A DNA stretch of 64,000 bases from Oikopleura dioica (GCA_907165135.1 OU015567.1:14446001-14510000), one strand, 5' to 3'; positions 1 to 13,019 are shown, numbered from the stretch's first letter. Numbers and translations: made by a program. Notes: generated from the letters alone by a model not told the origin.

Positions 1-1926
1 CAGCATTTGTACATTGTTCAACGATACTTAGGTTAAGTTATTTATTGATAAAATAATATATTATTTAGATATTTATTTGAAATACGTTTCAAATTTACCT
101 TGAATATCATTAGCAGAGTTCGATGCGGAAGTGCTGGTGTCAGGTGGGAAATTAATAAAGAGGGTAAATAAGTCGATCGGGATCGCGGCAAAAAGATCGA
201 TCAGAAACCAGGAGCGGATGTAGTTGCGGGAAATTAGTGAAGGGTTGAAGACCACATTGCCAGATTTGCTCACAAAAGTCGTGCGAAAGTTTAGGATCAC
301 GTCGAAAATAAATACCGCCTGTCGAGTTGGGTGTCATCTTTTATGAAATCATGGAGGAGAATCTTTCGGTTTATACTTCGAAATGGAATTGGACCCATAA
401 ATAGGCTCTAGTGTCATGTTTTTAGATCAATGTTATAACACCCCGGTGCCTCTACAAAAACGTCGAATGAACGATTTATCATGGACAAATCATTTTTAGC
501 AGCTGCACTAAAAGGCATGGCCTCAAGAGAGAAAATAAGAAAGGACTCACGTTTGCAGATCGTAGTCTGAGTCTTTGAAGACTGATTGGTAAGGAACTAA
601 GGCAGCCACGTAAATTGTACAAATGAAGATGAGCAAATCCCAGGTTGATCTGAACGAAGTTTTCTTTGTAATTCTTCATTTTTCATTACCTAAATGTGCC
701 GCAATGCAAGACCACGCCGTAGGGCATCCTTGAGGCCATTTTATATTCCGGAATATCATTTTTCTGCTGCTCCCTGAACTGCCGCAGCCTGAATTAATTA
801 TTGAAATAGCTCAGAAGTAGAAATAAAGTTTGATGTCGAGAGTTGATATAAATGCTCCTTTTATTAATGCCAGATGAATATGTAGTGTTAAAAGAAATGA
901 AAGTGGGCTGATCTCAGCGTTGTATTAATTTTAATTCAACCAAGCCAAACCACATGTTTCGGGGTGGTTTAGAAAACATGCAGCTACTGTTCTTTCAAAG
1001 GGTAAGTAAATGATGTGAAAATATGATGATATGACGTACGTGGCGAGCTGAATTACCGACCGACCGAGAGCTTCAGAAATTGCGCTTTTCTTGGCTGAAT
1101 TTCGCGATTCCACGTCGTCTCGTCCGTGCGATGATTTCATGAATCCCCTAAATTTGGAGGAAATTTTTCACGACTTTCGAAACTTACGCGCTGGAGATAT
1201 TTCCAATATTGCCGGAGATATTGTAGAGGATCGCTCTCGAACGACGTCGCCATTCTTTGAGATCGCGCTAGAATCAACCTTTCAACGCGTTTCATTTTTG
1301 AACTGTTTTACCCCCTCGCGCTCGCGGGCGAAATTGATCTTCGAATTTGACTTGGAAATGTCCTTGACGGATATGAGAAAGAAAACGACAGTGCCAGTCT
1401 CATTTTTAATTGGCACTATAAAATCAGTTAGCTAATGTAGTCGTTTCTTGGCACCTACCAATATCAAGCTGGCAGCTTTGGCTTGTTTGATCACGGCTTT
1501 CGCGATCGCTGTAAAAGTGAAACTTTACTTCGACGCGGTATTCTTCCTTGTTTCGCAGTGCGCGTTCGATCCTCTCCTTGATGTCCTGCCGAGTGTCCTC
1601 GCCGTAGACGAACCTTATCGCGCAAGATCGACGCATAACTGTTCGTGGGTCAATTCGCTAGTTGTGGAGTACCCTAAAGCTTGCTCCAGGAGCTAATTAA
1701 CCGAGCCTTTGCAGCGCGGAAGGCCGCTGAGCTCGCAGAAGCCATCTGAGCAATAGACGATCGGGTACTGATCTGGAATCTGCGCATTTCCAAGAACGAA
1801 GTTTGAGTCTAAGAGACGATCATCCCTCTTTTCTAATTTTCGAAAAAAAAACTTACGCGATCCGTCAAATCTCTCTGCGATCGTGTCAAGAAACGTGTTT
1901 TGCGGTGCGAGCAGGCCTTTTCTCAT
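1..1926 (-). CDS. Elk-subfamily (KCNH3/4/8-like) voltage-gated K+ channel, 5' part; continues off the left edge
   Basis: Spliced exons give [46 protein letters not shown] (PAS-cap/PAS), [61 protein letters not shown] (S1), [26 protein letters not shown] (S2-S3). Introns: 1809-1856 GT-AG, 1639-1706 GC-AG, 1416-1458 GT-AG. Confidence 0.93.
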
Positions 1927-2449
1927 TTCTCTGCCTAAGAAAAATTTTTAACCCAGTTTCAAATTGTGCCAATTTTTTGGCCAAACTCTCAATAAGGCCT
2001 GAATACAGCCAAAATGCCCTAAAAAAGGATATTTACTGTGTTAACCTTCTGCACACTTGGGAAATTGGAAGCACAGCCGTGAGGCCATTCTATTTTGATT
2101 TTTCTTTTTTCAGTCGGCGGTGGGTACTCTCTTCAAAATTAATCAAAACTCTTCGCGTGGAACACGTGCAGCTAATTTATTCAAAAGCTGACAGAATAAT
2201 AAATTCCGTAAACTACCCCAAAAATAAAACACTTGATACTTAGTTCTTCAAGTGCTCGGATTCACAAGCCTGTCTACTTTTTACAGGAGACTGCAAAATT
2301 TAATAAAAATCGAACTCATTTGCTCTTATAAGTCCAGACAGCTGTTTTGAGAGGTAATTTATTTTCTCTTGAAAAAAAAGAAGAAAAAAATTAGCTTTTG
2401 AAAAAAGGCTGGCGAAAAGGATGGAGTGGCAGTCAGCAATCAAAGTGAA

Positions 2450-4150
2450 TGGATAAAGAGATTCTTAATTGTGAAAAGAAATCGGCCATCATTTTAATAG
2501 ACTATTCACGAGTTCCACTTTGCACATTTAAAGAGATCCTCGCGCGACGGGGCGCTTCCGCTCCTTTCAGAAGCGATTCTCTGGGGATCAACACTCAAAT
2601 TCAATGCCTCGCGAGGCGAACTTCGCGGTGCTTTTTTAAAAGAATATTTTTATTTTCGCTGAAATTTTGATATCTTTTGAAAAATCTTTCCTTGGAAAAC
2701 AAAAATTTCTCAACTTTTGGACCAACTTGTTGATCATTTTTCTTAAATTTCTCTCTGAAAATTATTCTCAAAAAAGTCGAAAAATATTTGAAACATATTT
2801 TCAGATCAGACCTGGCTTGCTTAAAATATCCTGGTAGCCGAATCTGCGGATCATTCCCAAGTTCGTTAAACGCATCATTAAACCGCATTAACTGTACTTC
2901 CAATTTTGCCCGTGGATGACTTACTCTTTTATAATTTCGCTTCCATGGGTTCTTTTTCAATTTTCAATTTGCAAGTTCTCGTTTTCAAGTTCACATTTGG
3001 CGCTGCGTTTTGTCTTCCTTTGCTGGCTATTAAAATTCAGCAGCGAAAAAACGCGAGCCAGAGGAAGATCCAAAGGATGGCGCTAGATGCGCCCAAATAA
3101 TGCCTTTTTGGCAATTACGATCCTCCTCCCCATATCCGATAAAAATCGCGCCTCTGGGAATCGAATTGCTCGAATGATGATTTATTCTGCTTTTGCAGCC
3201 ACTGCTGGAGAAAGTTACTGCTGCAATGAAAATTCAATTTTGAATTGTAACTAATTTCGAGTCTAAGTTAAACCCAGACATGCGGGAATAATATTTTGAA
3301 GGGTAGATTGAGGTCGGGAAAAGAAAGACGAGAGAAAGTCGTCGCTTTTTCTGGCAGGAAAATTACTGTATTTCGCGAGAATACAGTCGTCAGTCGATAG
3401 ACATTTTCGACGATTTGGTCGGCAAGAATACTCGATCTTTTTTGCTTGGACGTACGAATCTGGGGAATTCAGTAACTACAGTATTTTCCACTGAAATGGG
3501 ATGAGATGAACAAGCATGAGAATCCGGACAATCCGCTATTTCTTTTTGCCAAATTCCGGATGATCCCGCCACGTTCATGTCCTCCTTCTTCTTTTCATTT
3601 TTTCGAAAATCCTGAATACAGAAACAAGATCCCGATTTTCATAATCATCGATAATCCCCTTTCAACGAGTTCAGATTTGAACGACGAAAGCCCACTATTT
3701 GACAGCCGACCGCATTTTTGGAAGCCTTTCGGATCATTCTGGAATAAGTTAGTGCCTTTGACAAGGTAAAATCTGAACTTTCCATGGGATTCGTCTGACT
3801 TCCAGCCAAAAGAAGAAGAATTCGCCATGACTCTTACCATCAACACTTGCAATCAAGGGGAAATCAAAGCGCTGGAAGATTCCCTGTGAAAGGTAATCGG
3901 AATTAAATTAATCCCATTTGGCTAGAGGTGGCTTCTGAAATTGAGGCTGCGGCAGGTATCTAATTGCGGCGGCGGCTGTTTATTTATAATCGAATATTCA
4001 TCCCAGCAAAGTCTTTCTCGAGTTAACACAAATAAACCTGCCACTGTTTATATGCACGGACAGACTGCATGCGAACATTCTTCCTCGCTATCTGACATGA
4101 AAACAAGCGCTTTTTTGAATCTGCATCGATGATGTTCTCAGGTGAACTCA
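2450..4150 (-). other. Segment U: probable unidentified multi-exon gene(s) between RBKS and KCNH
   Basis: Exon-like open stretches (LFQNDPKGFQKCGRLSNSGLSSFKSELVERG; SILADQIVENVYRLTTVFSRNT; QQWLQKQNKSSFEQFDSQRRDFYRIWGG). Two differences from the 55-56 kb copy are synonymous in these minus frames, and one of them creates a stop in the + frame. No family recognised; gene model unresolved. Confidence 0.35.
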
Positions 4151-4301
4151 GAATTCATCTGTTCTCGAAGGTTCGCAAATGAAGCTTTTTATTGAGAGCG
4201 AAAAGATTTATTGAACAGAAAAGTTGAATCAGGAATCAAATCAATTGAAGAACTGCGTAATAAAGAAGCATAGCCTATGCTGCATAGGAGTTGAATAACA
4301 A

Positions 4302-5358
4302 TCACTCAAGCTCCGCAAGACGGAAGTACGATTTCTGAGTTCCCTTGAAAAATAATAAGAAAGCAACTCATCTGATCTTTTATACCTTTCTTGTTGTCGA
4401 GCGGGAAGCAACCATAGACGCAAATTTGGCATGTTCGATCGTCGTTTTCTGCGCGTTGGTAAGCGAGTAAGAAAAGGCACCGACGAAGGAGTCTCCAGCG
4501 CCGGTTGTGTCGACCACGTCTACTTTTTCAACAACTGGGTGCAATGTCAGCTCTCCTTCGCCTAAAAATTCATTATTGTCAAAGCAACAATCAAAATCTA
4601 GACACTGACTTTTGACGGCGAATCCGTCTCCGCCAAGAGTGACGATTACACTTTTGATTTTGTATTTCTCCTGTAGAGTTGTCGCCGCTTCCTGAATAGT
4701 TTCTTTTCCACTTAGTTCCAGAGCTTCTGTTTGATTCGCGATGAGATAGTCGATCTGTTCAGAGAACGCCTCAAAGTCTTCCCTGCTCGGGCAAGGCGCG
4801 GGTGAGTAGATTGTCTTTGCTCCAGCTGCTCTTCCAAGTTGTAGAGCTCTTTTGGTCGTACTCACTGGAATCTCGTTTTGGCAAATGACAATTTTCGTCC
4901 CCTTGATAGCTTCCTCATCTAAATCTTCTCCAGTTAAACGCATGTTTGCTCCAGGGACAACAACGATCGAGTTTTCGCCGTTTTCCATCGAAACTGTTAT
5001 CGGAGCAACGCCAGTCGAGCAATCAGTTTTCGTTATTATTTTCGAGCAGTCCGTTCCGGTTTTAGCGAGCTCTTCAAGATACCACGATCCATTTTGATCG
5101 TCTCCCACTGCACCTAACAGTCCGACTTTTCCTTCGCCAGATAGTAGAGCTTCCTTGGAATCATGAAAAATATTCACCCTTATTTTATGTGAGTTATTCT
5201 GACTCAATTCCTGCCTGGACCGCTTGGTTCGCTCCTTTACCGCCCAGACCAGTCTCGTATCGTTCGCCAAGAAGGGTTTCTCCTGGTCCTGGCAGCCGAG
5301 AACAGTAAGCGATTTGATCAACATTCAAACTACCGGCGACAAGGATGTCCCAGACCAT
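4302..5358 (-). CDS. RBKS: Ribokinase (PfkB family)
   Basis: [64 protein letters not shown], terminal GTQKSYF. Intron 5150-5210 is GA-AG. Confidence 0.95.
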
Positions 5359-5390
5359 TCTGAATTGAAAACATAGAAGACTCATGTCAA

Positions 5391-6308
5391 TTACTTAGAG
5401 ACTTTAAAACGAGTCCAAGAAAGAAGCTCCGCATTTTGCTCGGCGAGAACATTGAACACAATAGATTGGCCGCCATTGAGTGGCTGATAGAGAAGACGGT
5501 TCTCGTCGGCAGCAAGATCGTCAACGGACAAAGGGCCTTTAGGAATATCTCCAGTGACGTCTGGAAGCTCTAACACGCAGTGCGCGGCTAAATCAGCGCT
5601 CAACTCCGCGCTACCACCAGAAAGGCTAAAATAAACGATAAATAAATGAGATCTTATAAAGTGTTACCTGACAAGCGAGCCATAAGTTCCATTATTTGGA
5701 TATTCTTTGTTGAAATTTCTAACGTAATATCCTAAATTTGGAGCCGCAACAACCTAATAAATACACTTTCTCCACAGCCTCTGTTACTTTCACTTTACCT
5801 TTCCCGATTTAATTTGAATATTTTCTTTCAAAAGTCCAATCGCTTGCGCAAGTGAATCCTTGACGCCATCTAACTCGACGATTGCCTCGCCGGTGAAGTC
5901 TCCAGCTTCCTTGGCGAGGAGAGTGCTAGTGACAGTGTTGACGAGCTTGTTGAATTCGGGCGTCTTCGACACAGGCTCCGATTCACAGTTGATGATCACC
6001 ATTGCACCCTTGTTTCCCTCTGTAGCGACGCCAACGCAGCCTTCGGGAGTCTTTCGCGAAGCTAAGAACATTTGGATGAGAACTCTACTTATATATTTAC
6101 CGAGCGATTCCATCTTCTTCATTCCCAAAGCCTTCGCTTCCTTTTCCAGATGAATGACCGCCTCTTCGAAATTCCAGTTGGTCGCCTGCAGAGCTGATCG
6201 ACAAGTTCCAAGAGGAAGCTGCGACTCTTGACGGAGGCGCATGATCAGTTTCTTCGTATCGACAGCAGCCGTGCGTCGGATAAAAAGGGAGCCGCAATAA
6301 CGAAGCAT
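5391..6308 (-). CDS. TSFM: Mitochondrial elongation factor Ts
   Basis: Short presequence-like N-terminus, then [40 protein letters not shown] (UBA-like), [16 protein letters not shown]; several short introns. Confidence 0.88.
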
Positions 6309-6346
6309 TCTGAAATGGTCATTTTTAACATTTTATCGAACCAATT

Positions 6347-7091
6347 TTATTGTTCTTCTTCTAAATGCTTGGCATTATTAACTGCAATTGCTTTCCCGTC
6401 CCAAGCGCTCATTCTCCCGTATCTCTTCGATTCGATCCAACCAGAGGTCTTCTTGATAACAATATGATGGAATGCCGTATTCTTCATCGTCTCCTTAGCT
6501 TCTGCCTTGTACTCGCCAAAGTCGAAATTCTTGAGTCCAAGGAAATGTCTGAAGAGCATTTTCAACAAGAAACCATGCGCGAAAATCAGTATTGTCTTGT
6601 CAACTTTGGCCTCTTCGATAAGCGACCGGAGAAAATTCACAGCTCTGTATTTGACGTCGGCGTCTGCTTCCATTTCCGGGCTGTTCCAGTCAACTTCGCT
6701 CCTCAACTTGCCCTCGAGTTTGCCCATTCCCTTTTCTTTGAGCAAGTCGTCGCAGATTATGCGTTCTTCCCCGATGTCATTCGTAGCGATTTTAGCTGTT
6801 TCCAGAGCGCGAGAAAGGGGCGAGGAGTAAACGAGATCAGCCTTGGGAAGAACTTTCGCCTCGGCCAAGCGCTTTGCTCATTTGCAGATCAGAAATAAAC
6901 TGAAAATAAACTTGGCGTTCATGAGTGGAAGCACTTTCTTGATCTCTGCCCATTTCGCTCAAAGGAATATCGAGCTAAAAATCTTTACTTGCAGAAATGA
7001 CTATTGCGTCTTTTACCTGCCCTTGCAAAATGCCAGCTTTATTGTACGATGTTTCGCCGTGCCGGATCAAGTACAAATTTAGGACAACCAT
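6347..7091 (-). CDS. Histidine phosphatase superfamily, phosphoglycerate mutase/TIGAR-like
   Basis: LYLIRHGETSYNKAGILQGQ-LDIPLSEMG, YSSPLSRALETA, LKEKGMGKLEGK, ILIFAHG, NTA..NNAKHL. Confidence 0.88.
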
Positions 7092-7157
7092 TCTAGAGCA
7101 CTTGATATTTGTGAGTTTTGCATTTAAAAGACAACTTGAACTGTATTTAAAATTAAC

Positions 7158-8438
7158 TCAGTTTGCGCAAGCTCGAATAGCTTTCTCATCGTCGTCAAGC
7201 CACTGTAAGACTTGTGGAGTAAAATAAGAAAGAATCATTTCTGCGCCAGCTCTTCTACACGCCGTTAGACTTTCGAGCACTCCCTTCTTCAAATCAATCG
7301 CTCCAGCTTTGGCGCCGTGGACGAGTAGCGCGTACTCGCCAGACACCTGATAAGCAGCCACTGGAAAATTCGGAAACTCTTGCTTCGTTCGGTAGATAAT
7401 ATCTTTTATCGGTTTTCATGATTTACAAATTGGATATTTAATTTATAGCGAGAACAGTCCCTAGATAGGCACCGGCCGGTTTTACCATTAAAATATCTGC
7501 ACCTTCGTTCGCATCTCTATCGTTGCATCTCATCGCCAAACTTGATGCTCCTGGTGGAAGCTGAAAAATAAAGTAGAAAATTAGCTAATGTGAATGCTAA
7601 CCTGATAATTTCTTCTATCGCCAAATTTAGGAGCAGAACCAGCTGCTTCTCTGAAAGGCCCATAAAATGCTTCACCCGAGTTATTATCAATTCCGCTCTA
7701 TTTTCAAAGCTTACTCTTTAGTTATTCGATATTTAACCCGCAACAGAACAAAATTTAGCCGAGTAGGACATCACGGCAACTCGTGAGCCAAGCTTGAGTT
7801 CCCGAAGTCTGCTTTTGATCGCTCCTATCCTTCCATCCATCATATCCGAAGGAGCCACGCAGTCAGCACCTGCGAGTCCATAATTGCCTGCGATCTCGGC
7901 TAGTCTATCGATGGACTTCTGGTTGTTCATGCGATCATCTTCGAAAATCCCACAGTGCCCGGTTTCGGAGAAGGGACAAATACAAACGTCAGCCGCGACC
8001 CACAGCTATCATTACTGTAATTTACAATTATAATGCATAGATAATGGGCGTTTATATGAATAATAACTAAAAACTGACCTGTGGATATTTTGACTTGATC
8101 AATTTAATAGCTTCAATGGTAGGGCCCGTCTCGCAATCTGCGCTAGATCCGACAGCATCTTTAGTCGATTTGACATCTACGCCAAAAATGATAACTGAGC
8201 GAAGACCTTTGGCGACTTGTTGGGAAAGGAAGGGAATGAGATTGTTGATTCCATAGCGACTCACTCCGGGCAGCGCATTTATCGGTTCCAGGGCGTCAGG
8301 GGAGCTATTCGTTACGAAAAGCGGCAGCATAAGATTTACAGGCGAGATTTTGGAGTCAAATGCAGCGAGCTCTCGCAAAACTCCATGGCCATATGAAGAA
8401 TGCAGAATGTGTCCGACTGGTGGCTCGTAACCGCTCAT
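7158..8438 (-). CDS. ALAD: Delta-aminolevulinic acid dehydratase (porphobilinogen synthase), Zn/Cys type
   Basis: [66 protein letters not shown]. Confidence 0.97.
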
Positions 8439-8477
8439 TCTGAAAAAAAATCCGTCAAGGAGAAGTAGACTCATGAA

Positions 8478-10672
8478 CTAGAATAGATTCAAAAGGTCAG
8501 TCGCAGCAAGTGAAAGGCGTGGGCAATCAAGCGATTGGCATTCTTCTAGCCACATTTTCCAAGTGATGTCCATCCAGATTTCTTGTTTAGTTGAAGCGAT
8601 GCTCAGCAGACAAACTTGGTAAGATTTGATTATTACAAGTTTCAAATTCGTGTCATCTAAAGATAGAGTTTTATAAGAAAAGCGCTGACAAATTACCAAT
8701 TCTTCTAAAAGTCGCGAGAAAATCTATGGAAGGAAGGACGTATTTCTCGATTTCGGGAATATTATCCAAGAGAGAAATGATCTGGCCGACGAATGCAATC
8801 ATTCTTGACAAGACGTCTTTATCGCACGTCTCCAACATCAACGTTCGTTTATTCGAATCCCAGCTGCGCAAGAAAGGAAAAAGAAAATATCCAGCGGCAG
8901 GATAAAACCGAGACTTGAGCATCTTCTCGCTTTTGGGCGGCTTCCCCAGCGCCGTGATTGTGATTCAACTTTTGCGGAAAGCGCTAATTTTTCAAAGGCG
9001 ATCTCTTCTTCAAGTTCTTCGAAGGGATTGTCCGCCAATTGCTTTACGGCCTTCGATAGAGAGGCAAGAATGATCTGCCGTTTTTCTAGAGGCATTGACT
9101 CGGCATAAAATTCACCTAAAAATTAGAAAATGTTCGTACCAAAAAACTATTATTACCAACAATCGCAGGAGCATAAAATTCCGGAGCCACAACTGCCAAC
9201 GATTCTAGAGCATCACCCACGAGAGCAGCATCATTATCGTTAACAATTTCAAAATAAACGATCCCTTTCAAAATCTCTTCCACAAGCTCCTTCGAAGAAA
9301 CCTGATTGACCTTTGCTAAATACGGAATTGTTTCCAGCGCGGCGAGTTTGCGTTTAGTCTTCTCCGTTTTTGACATTGATTGGGGTAGATTTCTCTCGAC
9401 CAAAATTCCACTGGCTTCCATAAGAAAGCGGGGACTGTATTTTGAAAGGTTCGGCGTTTCGAATTCGAATTGTTCGAATTCCAAGTCGTCGGAATCAAGA
9501 CTTTCTCGATCATCATCATCATCATCATCGTCACAGTTTCCAGCATTGATTCTTTCATCTTCGACTTTTTGTTGGTTACCGTTCAAGAATTCGATTGTTC
9601 GCTCTCTGCTATCTTCGTGAACTTTATTTTGATCCGCTTGAAGGTCTTTATTCGTGATTGGAAAGTCAAGTTTGGCCTCTGAATCAAATACTGAGATGAT
9701 CTTCTTGGCAGAAAGCATTCCAATATCTCGATTGTCGGACGCCGACTGAGCAAAGTGGTTTTGAAGCCCAAAGAAACAGTGTTGATAATCTCCAATCGCA
9801 TTTCATCCGGACATTTAGGAAGATAGTCGACTGAGAAGGCAATGATTTTCGAAACTTGGATTCTTTGATCGACAGAAACCTTGATAACAATGTTTTCGTC
9901 CGCCCAGTAGTCAACTAAATGTTTCCATGTCTCCAGACCTGCGATAGCAACAATTCGTCCCATGTGAAACTGGCCATTTTGATTGAGTAATCGACCGGTG
10001 CATATTCGAAGCAAGTTGAAGTTTTTAGCGAGAAATATGTCGACAAGAGGAAATACCAATGTTTGAAATGAAAAAGGCGGACAGTAGTTTATGAATGATT
10101 CAAGGAAGTTTCTTCTCGCGCGAAAACGGAGATTTTTGGCAACGTCTTTCGCTAATTCAGCTTCGTCTATCACTATCTGAGCAAACTCGTGCAGAAATAG
10201 GGCTGATTCTTTCGATTGTGACACATTCGCGAACGTGAGATCAAGTAACGCACAAGTCTTCTTGACATCTCTCTGGCGTAAAAGGCAACAAGCGAGATTC
10301 TCCAAATTTTGCATAAAATTTTGATGCTTCAAATTCGTCGGTAAAGCTCCTTTATTTACATTTGCAAAGCGAGTTGGTAGATTCCAGATAAAATTGAGGA
10401 AATCAACGAAGACTTTCTGCTGCACGCTACTTAGAGCTATTCTTTCAAGGACTTCGTATGATGAGCAGAAGCCAACGAAGTCGGATAAAACTGGAAAGAT
10501 CAATGTCGAGTCGGCAAGAATATTCTTCAGAGAGCAAATGACTTGGATCATTTTCGCAGGAGAGGATGAAATAAGATCAGCGCAAAGTTTTTCCAGCGCG
10601 TCAGAGTCTGAGCTTTTCCCATTCTTTTTAATTCCAAAAATGTTCCGGAAGTTTTGTCAAAACATCCAACAT
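8478..10672 (-). CDS. TELO2: Telomere length regulation protein TEL2 homolog
   Basis: Acidic ESLDSDDLEF motif, EFYAESMPLEKRQIILASL, SRFYPAAGYFLFPFL. First exon MLD is followed by a 40-nt intron. This copy has single-T homopolymer deletions near 8931 and 9759, probably consensus errors. Confidence 0.85.
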
Positions 10673-10757
10673 TCTTATATTGGGCATTATAAATTTAAGA
10701 AATAAATTATTAAAAGTAAAGATTGTTAAGAAAATAAGAAAGAAAGTTTTGTTTTTA

Positions 10758-12996
10758 TCAAGAACTGTGGCGGAGTGCAATGAATGATTTGAAATCAGCT
10801 TTTGAAAAGCTCAATTTAGACATATTTTTCCATAGAGGTTCCTCGAGCTCTGGAATTTCGAAAGGTAGAGAAGCGCTGAGTAGATTAGATGGAGAGTGTG
10901 ACCCTTCCTCACTCGTGTCGAAGACAAGATCGAAGGATTCCGTACTAAAATGACTATTTCTTATTGTTCCTTGTCAAGGGAACTTACCAGTCTACTGTAA
11001 GATCACAGTACGCATCCAAGACGGCTGAGTCTAGCGAACACGAGCTTCGACCAAGTTGCTCCAATAAGAGCACTAGTTCTTGATTTTTCGGCGTGTTAAC
11101 CATTCTCAGATAATACAGGACTCGTTCGAGGATAACCCTTTCCGGCTTCAGCATGTAATATTTTGATGCCTCTAAGAATGATTAAAGCAGCTCGAATTTT
11201 CGATAAAATATACCTAGTAAAAAGATCCGAGTATTTCTGGAAAGAGTCCAAACATTATCTGACATTTCTGCTAAAATACCAATCACATTCAGCTCTGCCG
11301 AATGAGTGCGATGGAGAATTTGAAACACCGGAATAATTATGTTCTCGTCTATGTCTTCAAGGACAACTCGCATGGATTTCTCCAACACTCTTTGGGTTAT
11401 CAGTTTCATGAATGTTTCAGGGTCCCATGTTTTGAATTGGTCCAGGAAAAATGATTGAATAGTTGATTTACAAGTAGTTTGACAGTTGATAATTTCTTCG
11501 TCAACGAGAATATCACTGTCTTCTCCTGATTTATTGAATAATTCATCAGAAGTAATTGGCAGATAGGCCTCTTCCTCTGGTAACCGGGTTTTCTTAAAAT
11601 CAGGAGACAAAGCAGCTATTTCTTCGGTAGGGCCGAATTGAAGCATTAGTTTTATATACAAACGATAAATTTTTGAACGCAAGTTTTCAGTTTGATTGGT
11701 GATTTTTAGCCGTTGAAGAAGATGAAGATGCTGTGCGCCAAGATGAATAGCTAGTTGAAGGTCTTTTTGAAGATTTGAAGAGCGATTTCTGCTGGAGATA
11801 CTTTGTAGAAGATACTGGAAGATGTAACTGAAGGAGTCGCAAAAAGTGCTCAAATATATTTCCAAATGCGCGAGACATGAATCTTTCGTCAAAGTAGCCC
11901 GAAGAGATGCCAGCTTTCTCCAGTAGAGACGTATCATCGGTGTTGCAGCGTCCCGCTCCATCGGCCTCTTCGGGAATTCTATGTCCAGACTTTCCTGGCA
12001 GTTGAAAATCATCAGAATTGAAGATAAACAAGACTTTTGCAAATAAGCTTCAACAAGAGATAATGAAGATTTGAGCTGATCATGTACGTCTCGAATCCAG
12101 GAGGGAGGATCTTTGAGAGCTCTTCAAGTTTCTTGATCACTAGTCTCAAACTATTCGACAGAATGACCATATTTTTGGTCGTCGTCAAAGGTAGAACTTC
12201 TTTTATCATCCACGAAATACGCTTGCTCGCTTGAATATATTTAAAATCTTAAAAGACTGACTCTTCACCTGATAAAGCTGTCCTTTCGAGAGAAATATTT
12301 GCCCTCGAAAAAGCAATAGGTGAGATTTCATTCAAAAAGAATTCAAATCGCTTGAAAATTATTGGCGGAAAATCATCTGAAGAATTCTTGAACGTCTTGC
12401 AGTCATCCTGCAAGATCCAAAACTCGATTTCTTCTTCTGAAGAGCTTTCCAAAGGTACCAGTTTACTTATTGGCGTATAGTTCGGCGACTCTTCAGAAAA
12501 TATTGATATGACAGCGGCGAGTTGATACAGTTTTGCCTATGGGATGAGGCCGTTACCATCGACAGAAGCTGACAGTAGCTCTCCGATGGATTTAGTTTTG
12601 AACAGCTTGCTCTGCGATGAGAGCAATTTACTGGAAGCGGACTCGCTGAATTGAATGACGTGCTTCATGTAACTGTTAGATATCGGATTCGTTTTCGTAA
12701 AATCACTGGAAAAATGCTTCAGCACGAATTCATCCGTAACAAGCCAGAAGCCGACAAGAAGGAGAAAATATTCTGGAGCAGGGCGATCACGAATAGCATC
12801 AGCAATAACTCGCTCTCTACATCGCTGATAGACTTTGCAAACTTCGCCGTGAGGAGAAAATTGTTTCAGACCTTCAAGAATGACAAGGATCTCGAAGACA
12901 CGCTAAAAGCATTTATAAATTTATCCAAAACTTTAAAAAACGCACATGTTTTTCTGAAGCTCTTAAAATGCAGCCTAAGCTCGAGTTCGACAGGTC
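10758..12996 (-). pseudogene. KIAA0825-like (DUF4495) gene, 5'-truncated copy
   Basis: LEGLKQFSPHGEVCKVYQ, CLSSIL..SRNRSSNLQKDL and LSFSKADFKSFIALR resemble my recollection of KIAA0825 motifs. No native 5' exons; a BMS1 fragment lies directly upstream. Confidence 0.55.
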
Positions 12997-13019
12997 CTGC
13001 GGGATAAAAACTAACTGCT

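Larger units (their letters stand above)
1927..10680 (-). promoter_or_regulatory. Putative SL trans-splice acceptors of a polycistronic operon
   Basis: AG-A-ATG precedes TELO2, ALAD, the phosphatase, TSFM and RBKS; ttcttagGCAGAGAAATG precedes KCNH. Stop-to-ATG gaps from KIAA0825-like through RBKS are 85, 39, 66, 38 and 32 bp. Confidence 0.65.

Noticed and set aside
5790-8438. Bacterial operon or horizontal transfer (hemB, tsf, rbsK, gpm-like names)
   Set aside because: Genes contain spliceosomal introns, TSFM has a presequence-like N-terminus, and neighbours are TELO2 and KCNH.
9518-9535. (CAT)n microsatellite / poly-Met ORF
   Set aside because: Encodes the poly-Asp tract of TELO2; poly-Met and poly-Ile are off-frame readings.
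8931-9760. Frameshifts in TELO2 (also 51785), ALAD (60670) and KIAA0825-like (53790) as true pseudogenisation
   Set aside because: All are 1-nt changes in homopolymers, and homopolymer lengths vary widely in non-coding copies too; consensus error is more likely. Unresolved without reads.
10620-10790. Longer TELO2 N-terminus (MHSATVLDK.../MPNIRM...) and apparent frameshifts there
   Set aside because: A 40-nt intron after MLD restores the frame in all copies and absorbs the length variation.
12651-13007. + strand 118-aa ORF and other + strand ORFs (6365-6898, 27374-27922, 9306-9620, 1091-1435)
   Set aside because: Antisense shadows of well-supported minus-strand genes.
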